Source of the DNA: Eledone cirrhosa
Taxonomy: Eukaryota
Assembly: GCA_964016885.1 (NCBI GenBank)
Contig: OZ024743.1
Span: 364,746,001 to 364,810,000, forward strand
Reading direction: 5' to 3'
Length of the DNA: 64,000 nt
Position numbers and translations under genes: made by a program. How positions within the stretch are numbered: the stretch's first letter is position 1; each line of letters opens with the position of its first letter. The notes beneath the pieces are model-generated. The model was not told where the DNA came from. It worked only from the letters and a program-made list of their open reading frames with translations, and searched no databases. Shown here piece after piece: positions 28,776 through 42,979 of this stretch.

Positions 28776-29689
28776 AATAGTTGTTCGACACAACTCCACA
28801 AGTCAGCAACGCCTGGACACTGGACGTGTGTATGCAGAAAGATTTCGTCACTCTGAGTACGTCTCCGACAGGTACATCTGACAGCACATCAGTGCATATA
28901 GAATTTATCTAGAACCGGCAGTGCTCCCCGGTAGCACTGCCAAGCCAGGTATTTCGGGAAATAATCCTTAGGCCCGGGACCGAAAGTCCTCCGGAATAGA
29001 TTGGTTATGACTGAATCAATAGATTGGTTATGATTCAATCTTTCAGAGATTTCTTCCTCACAGCCCAATTCTAGGTAAGAGTGACCACTCTTCTCGTTAC
29101 ATCGTCCCAGTTCCTATCTACCTTGAAGGTCCGAACCGAGCCAGACCCCGATCAACTTGATCGCTCCGTCCACCCAACGTCCCACGACGTTATTGAATCG
29201 CATCGATTTGCCTCTCCGTGCAGCAAACCGACGTATCCGGTTTCATTTTTGCTTCAGTCAACGTTTGATATTCCTCTAAGAAGTTACCGACCACCTCAAT
29301 TTCCGAGGTGTTCGACATTATCACGGTGACGTCATCCGTATATACCGATGCAGTACCACTGTTCGAACCGAATAGTGGTGCAAAAAGCTGGAATTGAGCA
29401 GCTTGGAATCGAGCAGCACACGCCCGTCATGATTCGTCAACAACCGAATTGTGACTTTGTTGGCACGTTGCGCCACTAACACCGGATAGCTTTCATTTCT
29501 TCGTTTCTTGGAGCACGTGTCTTAGCTCCGACAATGCAACCTTCTCATTGAAGAAATCGTCTAGTGCCATTCTCACAGCTACCACGTCCCTTGCAATGCC
29601 ACTGCTAATCACTTCTAGTTTAGCTAACTCCCCCTGCTCTATTTTTTTTCTATTGCTCTTTCTTAACTGAAAGCTATTGATTCTACTCA

Positions 29690-31790
29690 CAAAGCTCCTC
29701 GGTAGTACTGCCAGGCAAGGGATTTCTGGAAATTGTTCATGGGCTCCATCCCGAAAGTTCTCCCGAGGAGATTAGCTAGTTGATTTTCATCGACGCCCAG
29801 AGTCTCCCCAAGGACGTCATTGCACTTGCTCTCCACTAACCCTCTATATAACGCCAAGGTGGAGTTTCCACCGATTGTAGTGCCCGATTGGCTTTCAATA
29901 GGGTTGACTATCGGTATCTGGCGGTGGTCCTGAAAGCGGCCGGCTTTGAGCCCGTCTTCAGAGGCTGGATCACTGCCATGCATAGCGACATCTTCTCTGT
30001 GGTGAGAGTGAACAGTCACCTTTCGAAACCGTTCAACATCATGTGCTCGATCTTCGCTTGACCCAAAACAACAGCTCCGCCAAAGAGACGAGCTGTGGGA
30101 AAACGTGTCTAGCAAACGGCGACCACACCTATTCACCGTCAAGGAAAAGCTGGAGATGCCGTAACCTCAGCGCATCACCAGCTACAGCGTTCCCAACCCT
30201 CCACGTAGAGGGTGTTGACAGCAGATGGATCTCCTGACCATAGGAGCGCGTCTCCCTTCCACAAAAAGCGAAAATGCAAACGCTCCAGTGCAGTCAAGCG
30301 AGGCTTATAACATGGCACAACGGTCAGGCGTTAGTAGATGTACACGATATACACGTTCGTCACCTCCGCCAAGAGGTCGCCGAACAAGTCTGGCATATGT
30401 ACGATATACTCGTAGAGCAGACCATCCAAACCAGGCGATTTACACATCGTGCAGTCAGTTATTGCCTCCCCTACTTCAGCAGATGTTATTGGCTTTTCGC
30501 AACACAACGCCTCAGTGGCTGAGAGCCGCAACAGACAGTCGAGATAGGGACTAAAATCCATCCCGTGATCCGACCTGCCGCTGCCCGCGAACAGCTGAAC
30601 GAAGTGACGCTAAAAAGCGGCACACATTTTTCTGGGATTGAGTAACATGCGTCCGTCGTGGTCCGCCAAAGACCGGATAGTGGCTTTGTTGTCACGACGC
30701 ACCTCCTCCACTCGGGTCCATAGAACAGCTTTCGTCCCCTCGTGTCTGAGAGCATGCGCCCTAGCTCTGACAACGCAGCCTTCGTCCTTTGCGTTGAAGA
30801 ATTGGTCGAGGGTCAATCTGGCCGGAAGCATGTCGGTCGCGATGCCTTTACTAAGCGATGCGTCTAATTTTCTAATTAGTTCTCCCTCTTCTCTATTTTT
30901 ATCTGTTGTTAACGCCTTGCTAAACCTAATGGAATCTGTTCTAATCGCCCTCTTCAGCGCGAATCATCATTTGTTGTTGTCCAGTAACCGGGTCCCTGAC
31001 TATGATGCATATCTAAGTCGACCACACAAATCCCGAATTTGTGGTCCATGTAGTCGACTATCTTGAATTGTGGACAACTTGAGCTAGAACTCTCTACTTC
31101 CTTAGAAAATACCCTATCTGGATACGATCTGGATGACCCGATACGGTTTGTCCATGTCCACGTTGGCACATTCGGGAAATCCAGTAGGTACCTGTCAGAC
31201 AGTTGGAAACGTCTGAGCAGGTTTGCGAGGCTTTTACATCCCCCCTCCCCTCACCACGTGTCCCACACAGCCCCAGCGTGCATCCAAGATCCTGTTCCTA
31301 TTGCCCACTAACATTAAAGAGCGGGCCTTTCTAGGAAGGTCTCCAGTCGCCTGAAGAAATGTTGCCCCCCCCCCCCCCCATATACTCATATGTAGTGGTC
31401 ATATGTACTGCTTCATCCAGGAATTTATCACTTTGTTTATCCTTAAAAGCTTTCCAGTAGCTTGCAGCTGGGGGCATAAACAGCTACTAGCCTGAAAGCA
31501 TAGCCTTCACTGCTGGTCTCGTCCACACCACCGACCTACCCTCTAGATTCAAGAAGATGGTCCGTATCACGAGATCCAGGCCTTTCCAAAACAACACAGT
31601 GACTCCGTCTCCCGACGCCGGGTGGGTTGGAGATGCGTACACCTCGTAATCACCGAAAATGGGTACGAAAGCTTGTGCCTCGGATATTCTGGTCTCGCTG
31701 ATGGTCATCGCATCTATGTTCATTGACCTGAGGTGGTTGAGCTGGTGAGTCTGCTTCCATGACGACCCCAGGCCAGGGGCTAATCCTTAC
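29690..31790 (-). mobile_element. Rearranged L1/Tx1-like LINE ORF2 fragments (APE endonuclease and RT), with a plus-strand RT piece at about 29840-30050
   Basis: IDAMTISETR (APE), KSPGLDGLLYEY (RT domain 0), plus-strand YLAVVLKAAGF...VRVNSHLSKPF; heavily disrupted. Confidence 0.75.
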
Positions 31791-31823
31791 CATTAAGGCA
31801 AGCGTTTTCTCCAACTTGTTCTC

Positions 31824-32900
31824 CTACAATCTACAGTATACTTGGCCCATGCTCACCACTCTCATCCACCTTTCAATAAATTTGCTGGAAGGAAGCACTT
31901 CCCTCTTCACCCTCAATTTCCTTTTCAGGTCAAACTTAAAAACGTCTATGAGGGCTTGGCCAAAAAGGTAAGTGACTATCTTCAGTACTTTCGATCTTGT
32001 CCACCACACAATTTCTTTCGCAATAGCCACCAGAAAGATAAAAGCTGAGTGCCATTCTTGGTCAAAGGATGGTAGCGGTGTGATCTTCACAATGGACTCA
32101 ACTGATAGCTGAATATGTGCTACATGTGATAGCAGCTGTTCGACAAGTCAGCAATGCTCAAGCACTGGATGAGTTCGTGCAGAACAGTTTTGTCGCCCTC
32201 TGCATATTTTGGACAGGCCCTGCTAATAGCACTTCCGTACCTATAGAGTTTATATCGAACCAGCAATGCACCCACACACTCTAAAGTACTGCCAAGCCAA
32301 AGATTTTTGGAAATTATACATGAGTCCTGTACTAAAACTTATCCAGGAAGGCTAACAAGCTGATTTTCATTAACACCCTGAGCCTCCTCGAGAACATCGT
32401 TGCTTTATCCACCACTAGTCCTCTATAGAACGTGCAGTTTCCACCGACCGCAAAGCCCGACAACTTATTCTAGCTATGTGCTGGAAACGCTTGGCTCAGG
32501 ATTGCAGTTTTGTCAGAAGGACAAGCTAGGGAAAGACGCGTCCGACAAATGATGCCCACACTTGTTCAGCGTCAAGGAAAAGCTGGAATTCTCGTAACCT
32601 CAGCACATGTCTGCACATCATCAGCCACGACATTTCAAGTCCTCCAGACAGCGAATGTTGACAACAAATGGACCGCCTGACAATTATAAAGCGTCTCTTC
32701 TGCAAAAAGCGAAAGAGTAGGCACTCGAGCCCGGTCGAGAGTGAATCGGGGCAAAGCACCACAGTCAAGTGGTAATAAATAACGAGTGTGCATCTAGACA
32801 TTCTCTACCTCTGACCGACCTTCAGGGTTAGCTTCCTCTCGCACCATAGCATGGCTGATCATAGCCGACAGGAAACTCACCGACACATCACATTAAGAAC
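31824..32900 (-). mobile_element. C-terminal fragment of an L1/Tx1-like ORF2
   Basis: AIAKEIVWWTR...FKFDLKRKLRVKRE...RW terminal motif; similar to 29690-29830 and 30080-30260. Confidence 0.65.
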
Positions 32901-33578
32901 TGCAAGCTACTGGAAAGCTTCTAAGGATAAAGAAAGTGATACATTTCTGGATGAAGCACTTGACCAGTATATATGAGTATATGGGGGGGAGGGGGCAACA
33001 TTCAAAGAACTGGTTAATACGGCTGGAAAGCGAAACAACATAACTTTCTTCACAAAAAATGTAACAAAGATGTATAGAAGTGGTGTACACAGTATAGTAG
33101 TATATAGGAAATGGAATTAACCTCTATCGGTTTCAACGCTGACTGTTCTAGTTGTTCGATCAACGCAATAGTCTGTTTATGAAATTAACGTGCAAGCTGT
33201 AGAGCATTCCACAGACACGTGTACGAAACAGTACGTGAGAAAGCTGGCCTTTTAAATTACAGATACAGTCCATCCAAAGGACTTCCAAATAGTATCCGTC
33301 GAACCAATTCTATTCACAAATTAAATAGCACATGCCTAAGTGCCGTGCAATGGAATTGAACCCGGGACCTAATACTTGCAAACAGCACTCCTTAAACATT
33401 CGGCCATGCTGCATCCGAAAGATGTATAGTACTGTTTTCTATACAGTATATGGCTACATATAGTACTGTGGAAAATACACTGGAGTCCAAGCATGTACAT
33501 GGATATGTTGGAGAAATGTTAAGTCTGTTCTTTTTCTACCTGAAAATACGAGTGCACCATAACATATCTTTACCATAA

Positions 33579-34349
33579 CATATCTTTAGGTTTGTCACAC
33601 TGCCTTCTGCTCATGTGTGCTTATAATTGGTATCATTGTGGTCACGTGATCGAAGTTGGAGCTTGGTCACACCAGTTTTCTTACTGCTGTTACAGTATAA
33701 ACATGGCCGCTCCGCTAGCAGTTTGCACCAAGATGTTTCCACTTCATACTCTGTCTTTTGGATTCTGTCTCATAGTGATGGACCTACATTTCATCTCCTG
33801 GGACTATTCTGCTCAAAACTTCCTCACCTCATTTTTGTAGCAGTCAAGTAAACGTTGGTAGACCTCAAGACGTTTGCGCTTGTGCTCTACAGCAAGATCT
33901 CTTGGCACCCATCTCGCACAGACTTTGTGGAAGCCGAGTTCCTAGTGGAGGATTTGATAGACAGGACCATGACTAATCTGCAGAGAATATGCTACCTCAG
34001 CGATGATAACTCGCCTGTTTGCCCTTACCATTTCTCAAGCTTGCTGAATCTTCTCGTCAGTGGTGGAGGTTGGCGCGTATCCTGCTCCTTCTTCGTGTGT
34101 CATGCTTGTCCAGCCACTTTTAAACTTTTCGACCCACTCATACACACTTCTACGTGGTAGTGCGCTGTCGCCGTATTGTGTTAAAAGCCTCAGATGAATT
34201 TCAGCTCCTGACACACCTTCCGACCAAAGAAATCGAACCATTGCTCTTTTTTCCTCCTTGGTGCATCAAGCTCGAACTTCGATCACGTGACCACAATAAT
34301 GTCAACTATAAGCACGCCTGAGTAGAAGGATGTGACAAACCCAATATGT
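33579..34349 (-). mobile_element. Mariner-derived element with ~85-bp inverted ends and an N-terminal transposase remnant
   Basis: CTKEEKRAMVRFLWSEGVSGAEIH...YGDSAL..RSVYEWVEKFKSG helix-turn-helix; inverted repeats at about 33579-33665 and 34267-34349. Confidence 0.85.
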
Positions 34350-34539
34350 TATTACGAAAGTGTGAATAATTTTTAACTTACCCTCGTATGTAATATGGGT
34401 TTCTTTCTGGGCACACCTATACAAACTGATATACACACATATATACATATATACATTTCTTTTAACTTTTGAAAAACATGAAACTTATGAAACCGGTAAA
34501 GACTGCAATTGGAATATATTAAAAAAAGCCTTCCTTTTG

Positions 34540-34614
<75 letters not shown>

Positions 34615-34699
34615 ATAATAATAAATTTGTAGACTGAAATCCAAAGAAGGCTCGATAAGGATAAATATATATCAAATATATATGAACCGTAGAGCAAAT

Positions 34700-34835
34700 A
34701 TTTATTAAAATAACAGATTGAAGTTTAAGCAAAGAATCGCTGCTTTCACCCTTAACGGGATCTTTCAGAAGATCCCGTTAAGGGTGAAAGCAGCGATTCT
34801 TTGCTTAAACTTTAATCTGTTATTTTAATAAATAT
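34700..34835. repeat. Fold-back palindrome with an HHR-like remnant
   Basis: ~62-bp arms meeting near 34766; each has aaga-tccc gttaa gggt-GAAA-gcagc. Confidence 0.75.
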
Positions 34836-34839
34836 ATAT

Positions 34840-34873
<34 letters not shown>

Positions 34874-34876
<3 letters not shown>

Positions 34877-35187
34877 GTGTACCTCCGGCATTTGCGGTCT
34901 CGGCTATTCACGGAATTTTCCTCAGAACCTAACTAATAAGTGTTTGTGGAAACCACCGCATATTCGCGAATCGTAAATATCTTCCGTGATTTCTTAATGA
35001 CTTTTTTCGTGACAATGTATATTTTTTCACGCTTTTTAACGCAAAATTATTAATAACAATATACCGTATTTGCCGTCCTATATTTACGTTAAGTTTTGAC
35101 GTTTATAGGCATTTTTATGGACCACGGTTTTTCGCTCTTCGCGGGTGTTCTAGGAACGTAACCCCCGCGAATACCGGGGGTAACTAT
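34874..35187. mobile_element. Tc1/pogo (Tigger-like) MITE in (TA)n
   Basis: Imperfect TIRs tagtgtacctccggcatttgcgg / ccgcgaataccgggggtaacta; TA flanks; related fragment at about 52548-52620. Confidence 0.7.
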
Positions 35188-35733
35188 ATATATATTATAT
35201 ATAAATATTACTCTTCTTACGCGTATTGAACGTGTGCGCTATTTCAGTTAATGTTTGAATGTTTTAGGTATATACATTCATACATAAGTACGGAAACAAA
35301 CACAAAAACATAAACACATACATACATGAACTTACACATGCCCGAAAAGAAACATACAATCACAAATATTCAAGTTCACACAAACGCATGTGCACACAGG
35401 CAACGCGTGTATAATAATATACACTGACTGTGTGTGTTTAATCAGATATACAGTGGGTGTATAAATATATACGTTCCTTTTCTAATATCATTCTGTAAAT
35501 ATTATTGCTGTGTTTCGGTTCACTGTTGCCATTTCGATATGTCTTTTCCGCTAAAGTTGACATGTCCTTTGACTGGGTACACTATGCGCATGCATACACG
35601 CGCATATACGCACTCATAGACACACTTATACACATATATACAAGCATATACGCGCACACACGCGCGCGCATAACTACACTCACGTACTAACACATAACTT
35701 CACACATTCACAGACACACACACACGCACACAC

Positions 35734-35764
<31 letters not shown>

Positions 35765-36344
35765 GCTACACATCCTCATACGTATACCAACACATGTACA
35801 AACCCACATGCCCTTTTACTTGGGTACAGTTCACATATACACACACACATATAGACATATGCACACATAGACGCGGATATACTCATACATATAAACACGC
35901 ATATATGCGTATATGTTTCTGTATGTATGTATGTATGTATGTAAGGCAGAATTCTAGGAGAAGGAAAACTCTGATATAACACCTGCAACCCTGATGATAT
36001 CCAATGATGTTGACTTGTTCTTCTTTTTGGTAAATATCATCTTGGTTAAGAGAGTGGGACTGGCTTTGTGCAGTGCCTTTGCTCACTATAAAAGCTTCAC
36101 GGCACAGGCATTGCTTTATATCTGGAGATCTCTCTGCACTTGTCACATGGTACCATGGGCCCAGCACTATGTGTCAATAATTGTCACAAGTGTAGAGTTT
36201 GTACCAGAGTTTTCAAGTCGCTGGCTGGACTAAAAAGTCACACTTGTTCAGCGCATCGGTAGGGGTTCTCCTACATGGATATAAAGTAGTGGCCGTACTC
36301 GAAAACGAGTTGGCAGTCACCATGTATACATATATATATATATA

Positions 36345-36640
36345 GGGCGTTCAGCTCACGATCGTAAAGTCATGTGTTCGATCCATAACAGTGTGTTGTA
36401 ACCTTGAGCAAAACACTTTACTTCATGTTGCTGCAGTCAACAGCTGGCAAAAATTGTTAATACCTGTAGTTCAAGCAGTTAGCCTTGTCACACTGAATCT
36501 CCCTGAGAACTACGTTAAAAGTGCACATGTCTGTGAAATAATTAGCCACGTGCATGTTAATTTCACGAGCAAGCTGTTCTGTTTTTCGAACAAATGGAAC
36601 ACACGTTGTCGGGACCCACGGTGATGCCTGTACGAATTTG
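36345..36640 (+). mobile_element. Decayed tRNA-derived SINE
   Basis: B-box-like gtgttcgatcc followed by ccttgagcaaaacactttacttca core; inverted relative at about 33100-33420. Confidence 0.6.
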
Positions 36641-39600
36641 GATATACAACTGCAGATAATATGTTTCTAGTGTACACCTGACAGTATGTGTACATCTATT
36701 ATCTATATATTCGTATTAATATTTGCATCTCTGTGTTCAGCTGTCTCCGTGTATTTCTAAGTATATGTTCGTGTGCCTTTGTATATATGTATGAATATTT
36801 ATGCATTTGTTCATTGTTATAATAGTGTGACACGCCTGTTTAACATATCTGTACTAACGAAGGTTAAACCAAAGTATTCACCAGATGTGATTTCGAACTA
36901 CCAACGAGATCACTATAATGAAACTCCGTACACAGTGTACTGACAATTCACTTCAGTTATTATTTATAGACATTTCGCCTAGTCCAATTTTAGGTGTTCA
37001 GGGTTTTTCCCTGCAACATTCATTTTTATTTATGTATATCTACATGCTTGGATTCCAGTGTATCTTCCAAAGATACAATGGGAAACTTACAGTGGGTTTA
37101 AACTCTCAAACTATGATCTGCTAATCCAGTTCTATATCCATGGTCCAAAGACTATAGAGAGTGGACATGAACCTTCGCTGGTTTCGATGATAAATGCTCC
37201 AGTTGTTCGACCAAAGTGTACCCTTAACGAAAAGCTCATGGAGATTCATCGTGACACAATGTGTGATAAGGCTGACCTTTGAATTGCAAATTCTTTCCAT
37301 ACGACAAGCTTCCATACAGTTTCTGTTTAGAAAATTTCACTCACGTAGGTCGACCTGAGGCTATTTATGATTCCCTACATGCCGGACCTAATAATTGCTA
37401 AGTGAACTTCTTAACCATTTGTCTATACAGCGTCCGCAATACTATTTCATACTCCAATACTATACGCTCTCTATTACACAGCATGAGAAAATTAAAGAAC
37501 AATAAAAAATTGTTTCCCACATAAAAAAAAATTACGTCTGCGTCTGTTTGTTCGATGAGTCGCTGTTAGTAAATTACTGGTACTTTTGTTATTGACTCTA
37601 AAAATACATGAAAGAAAAATTCCATCAAGACGTGATTTGGACCCGAATATAAAGATGTTGCTACCCCAAGCATAGCCACAGCTGAATGCTAGATATCAAT
37701 AAAAGGATAAAAAGGCTAAACTAATTATAAAAATCCATATAGCCTGTTAGTTTCGTTTATTTTGTTGTTTTTTAGGAAGGGAATTGCTGCCTCCCAGCAA
37801 ATTTGTTGAAAAGTGGAAGAGAATGGCGAGCGTGGTCCAAGTGAACCGGCGCTGAATAAACAAATGTAGCATGGAGGAAGACAGCTTAGAGAAAACATTT
37901 GCCTTAATGGTCAGATTATCCGGTGATTTTTGTGGATTTTTCCACGAACAACCCTCGTAAATTTCCCAACTAAAGGAGAATGTTTTTGTTTTATTTTATT
38001 GTTACCCATTTTGTTTTTGTTTTCGTTATTTCCCTTTTAACACGTTTTTATGTCATGTACCGTTCTCGATTTTTATGTAAGCCCTTGGGTAATCTGCTAA
38101 AGGCACACAAAGGCAAGCGGGTATTACTCAGGATGACGAATTAAATCTACCACTGAAGCTGGCCATAGTGCGATTGAACACAAAGAGCCATCACAAATAC
38201 CGCAAGGCATCTCGTCCGATGCTCTGACAATTCCATTAATCCGCCGCTCTGGGCTAGTACTTATTTTATCGACTTTGGACGGATAAAAAGCAAATTTGAC
38301 TCCAATGGGATTTTAACTAAAAGCGCAGAGTGCTGAAACAAATACAGCAGGGTGTTTTGTCCTATGCTCTAACAACTCTGTTAACTCACCGCCTTAACAC
38401 TTTACTGTGTCTGCCACATCCAGGTACTTCTTTTAGTCACACGGAGAACGGGGGAAAAGCGAAGTCGATCCCAATGTAAATTATACCGAGAAATAAAGAG
38501 ATTAAATTGAATACAGTAATCCATTTAGTTGAACACTTAACCGCCTCGGTCGCCTCCTTCACTCATTTACAAATGTAATATGAATATCGCGAGGGTGGTG
38601 TTTAATACCGTGTAATAGTAAAATCGTCCACCCATGTAACGAATGAAATTCACACTCACATGAGAAAATGTTTAGTTGTTTTAGGTTTCATCTTTTTCTA
38701 TAATACTTGACAACACCTGACTTCCAGCTGCTCCTCCTTTCATAATACTCTAGCCAGGAATTTTTGTTTTATATTGATGTCGCTGTTGTGTGTTTTGATA
38801 ATTAAAAATCTTCCAACAACAAAAAATATTTAGACTAAAATGAAACACGCAGTGCATTTGTATAGTTAATATTTTCACGGATCACTATAACACATTTTTT
38901 TTTTTTAACAGAGTGACAAAGTAAATTGAATATCCACTCCACCAATCTATTGACTCCGAACTTCAAGATATCACTGCCAAAATTTGAACACATATTGCAG
39001 ATACATACAAAAAAAATCTAGAATTTATTTATCCCTCTTGTTGTATCCAGGCACTGTTCAACTCCATCTTGCTAGCTAATTTATAGAAAACTTTTTCTGT
39101 TATATATTGCCCTCGCTACTTGAAGCAGAGACCTTTACAATTACAACTTTTTAAACTGGGTTAATTATATCTTCAAGGAATGCAGAAACGCACCGTTAAC
39201 TATTTTATCTTAAAGGGCTTTATTTATTTACTTTTTCTGTCAATATCAAATATTTCTACTTTTCTACGCAACCTTACATATTTTTTGTTATTTCTCAAAT
39301 CCTCCAAACAACAAAGACAATCCAATAATAGAAAAACCAGCTAGTAACAGGTGGGTTATACTGTTCCACGGTCACATGAAGGCGGCTTTATAGAAAGTCT
39401 CTATTTCACACCTGCCTCTCTGTTTAGGTCAAATTCAAAAGGAATTCGTATAAGACATTTCTACTCGCTCCATGTAGTCAATGAGCTATTTGGTAAATTT
39501 TCCGCTTGTTTCTGCTTCATATCCGGCAATGGAAGGATATTTACCGGTCTTTCTTTCCACAATTAGGCGTAGAGATAGTTGTGTGGTTAATGCAACCACG

Positions 39601-40238
39601 TGGTTCTGGATTCAGTCCCGCTACGGAGCACTTTGGTCAAGTGTCTTCTACATACATACATGTATGTATGTAACTTTACCTTGAATTTCAGATGCTCAAA
39701 ATAACTTTACAATCAATGAATGTGATCGAGTTTGTTTCAGTAAAACTGGTCTTGAAGTCATCATAGAAGTCATCTTGAGCATTCCTTCTTGTCGGAATTG
39801 TGGAAAACAATGTGGTCCGGCCGGTGGACCACATCGTCATTTGAAAACTCAACAAAACAAAACGGTGAACCAAAGTAGAAGTAATGTTCACCAGAGAAGA
39901 ATATGTAGAATGTAATATAAATCCTTAGTAAGGTTGGAGAGTCAGAGGGGGATCAGGTGGTGGCAATTCTTGAAATCGAGATGTAGCCATCATGTATGTA
40001 TGTATGTATGATCTTCTGGTTTCATAATTTCACAAAGTTTTACCAATATAGAGAGAGTCGGTTTCTAACATAGACACAAGACTCTCTCATTGGAATTTAC
40101 ACAACATCAACTAGGTAGATATGTATGTATGCATGCATGTGTAGATATGGATGTTATTGTATGTGTGGATGTGGATGTTTTGAATTGTATGTGTGCATGT
40201 GTATATGCTTTGCATCTGTACATGTGTATATGCAGTTA

Positions 40239-41890
40239 TTAGATGCAACATTTTTGGAATGTTTTACATATTTTTACTGTTCCATTAATGGATTGTACTT
40301 GTAATTTCCTAACTAGTTGTGTTCTTTCTGTTCCTGTGAAGCCTAGCTTCTCAAGATTTGTATTGAGGCAGTTACTAAGATATCCCAGTGCCCCAATAAT
40401 CACAGGCATAAATCTGAAGGTGTAATCAGGGTGGGATATCTGCAGATTTCTCATCAGTTCTGCATAAATATTATCCTTTTCACTAATCTTTGATATTATA
40501 TTGGCATCTGATGGACAGCTAACTTCCACTACTGTGCATGTTTTCTTTTCCCTGTCCTATATCATTATATCTGGTCTGTTATGCCTGCATTTTATTGGGG
40601 TTTTTAGTACTCTTTCATATTATGTATATTTATGTCTTCCACATTGCTGTAGCTTTTAATGTGTTTATTATCGGGGCTATCTTTTTTACGAACTGCATTG
40701 TACAGTGTTTTGGCCACTACATCATGCCTCATAGGTAGATAGTACCGCGATGACATCTTTGGGCAGCTGCTGATGACATGGGTGATATCCTCGATGTTAG
40801 TTCTGCAGAGTCTGCACTTGTTATCACATCTAGGTGTTTTGCCTGCATGCCTATCTCTTTTGTGAATCAGATATTTCGTGCTAATCTCCTGTTCTTGGAT
40901 TACAAAAGCGTATCCTTCAAAGTGGGAGCCAATATAGCAGTTGTTGGTCCAAAGTAGACTACTTTCTTTATCTATATTACTCTCACTCTGGAGCTTCCTG
41001 GCAACATATCCATGCATGATTTTTTGCTGATAAGCATGCAGTTTTTCATCCATGGATTCACTGCGATACTGCTAATCGACATCCCTGGGTGTGAGGTTTT
41101 GATTATCACACAAGGAATATCTCTCGATGAGTTCCTTCCCAACTCTCATGATCTTATCTGTTTCATGCAGATACTCTTGCTCGAGAAACGGGCTCCTACG
41201 CTTCGAGGTTCGTAGATGTTGTCGGAGGGATATGATGCGACATTCAAATGTTGTCTGGACTGATGTTAGGCCCCTGCCTCCCTGCTTACGTTTCAAGTAA
41301 AGGCGGTCTATGTCACTGTTGATGTGGAAGTTTCCGGTGTTGTTTAGTATTTTTCGAGTTCCAACATCAACTGCTCGGATTTCGTCTATCGTCCAATTGA
41401 GTATTCCAAACGTTGGTGTTAGGACAGGCACAGCAAACACATTGTGAGCCACTGTTTTGTTGTGCGTAGAGACTTCCGAGGACCAAATCTTTCTTAATCT
41501 GGTGTAGTATTCCCTGGTTACGCGTTCCTTATTACAAATACCATTATAGGATATGTTCTCATCTATCCCCAGGTATCTGTAGCAGTCCTCATTAGATATC
41601 GGTGAAACAGTTAGGCCATTGATGACAATGTTGCTAGATTGGGTTGTTGTTTTTCCCCGCTTTACAGTCATATAAGAGCATTTATCTTGGCCAAACTCCA
41701 TTCCTATATTCTTTGAGAACGTTGTAACCAGGTCAAGATTTTTCTTCATCCCATCCATGTTCTTGGCATAGAGTTTCAGATCGTCCCCCTGAAATATACC
41801 CCTGCAATATTTTATTTTATCAGTGAAAATAGAGTCCTCCCTCTCTGTCTTTAACCTTAGGATAGTAGCCCAAGAAGAAGACAGCCTCTC
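40239..41890 (-). mobile_element. 5'-truncated RLE-type LINE (R4/Dong-like)
   Basis: RGIFQGD fused to DLKLY, YRYLG, RKQGGRGL, CRLC...EDITHVISSC, RHD, EVSCPSD...K...Y..L restriction-like endonuclease; 3' end lies near TACA-rich sequence. Confidence 0.85.
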
Positions 41891-42530
41891 TATAGCTAAT
41901 AAGCTTGAAACTAGTACAGTGTTGAACAAACGAGCAAAGATGGTTGCTGGACACTACGGCTTATTTACAAACACACCGAGCATTATAATAAATGTTCGGT
42001 GAATCCATACGTACATATATATATGTGTGCGTGTATGTATATATACATACTACTGTACGTCTGTATACATATATGTATGTACGTGTACATACTTATATTT
42101 AAATAACAGCCATACTAAGAGTGGGAAATGAAATTTCGTTTCATTTTTTCCGTTTATCGTTTTCGGTTCACCCGGCCGATTAACCCACTCGATGTGCAAA
42201 TTGGGCTACTCAGCCGTTAATATGCATAAGGTAAGTATATACGTTCAACAATCTGGCAGGAAGGTATACGTTGCTGACGATAGCTAATAAGCTTCAAACT
42301 AGTACAGCGTTCCTTTGTCAGTGTTGAACAAACGAACAGCGATGGTTGTTGGACACTACGGCTTAATACGGGATGTTTGTTTACAAACACACCGAGCATT
42401 ATAATAAATATTCGGTGAATCCATACGTACATATATATATGTGTGCGTGTATATATATATATATATATACATACTACTGTACGTCTGTATACATATATGT
42501 ATGTACGTGTACATACTCATATATATATAT
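41891..42530 (+). mobile_element. Diverged tandem copies of the 18471-19862 HHR repeat
   Basis: cgttg-CTGACGA-tagct aata agctt-CAAA-ctag-TA-cagcg near 42269-42309 (G12 lost) and a partial HHR at 41892-41921. Confidence 0.8.
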
Positions 42531-42541
42531 ATTTATATATA

Positions 42542-42580
<39 letters not shown>

Positions 42581-42691
42581 CGAAGGAAATGTGGTAAGGA
42601 ACCAGGTGGACCATAACGCACCAAAGTACTCAATACTTGAGGTAGTAGAGTGGGTAATAGGAACCAGTAAGACCCCGACAGCTGAGCTCAT

Positions 42692-42979
42692 ACCTTCCGA
42701 AACCTGGCTCGGCGTCACGCCACTACACTTTCGGGCCACATATGGGACCTCAAGGACAACATCACCTATGATCTCACTTGGAGATTACTGTCCAGAGCCA
42801 ATTCTTACACGGGAGGACGCCGTCCGTGCAATTTATGCTCGGAGGAAACTTTACAAATGCTGTTTTCGACGGACCAACTCCTAAACAAGAAAGATGAACT
42901 GGTTACTGCATGTAAACATAGATTGTGTAGGACTTACCTCGCCCTCAAACCCCATAATGACCCGGGGGGGATAGACTAG
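42692..42979 (+). pseudogene. C-terminal end of a PLE GIY-YIG endonuclease (absent from the ORF track)
   Basis: Manual translation [77 protein letters not shown]...; aligns with the ends of 20906-21859 and 11085-11720. Confidence 0.88.

Noticed and set aside
38900-39990. Possible decayed transposase or LINE endonuclease fragments (e.g. AQDDFYDDFK)
   Set aside because: Motifs are too short and broken to support a call.
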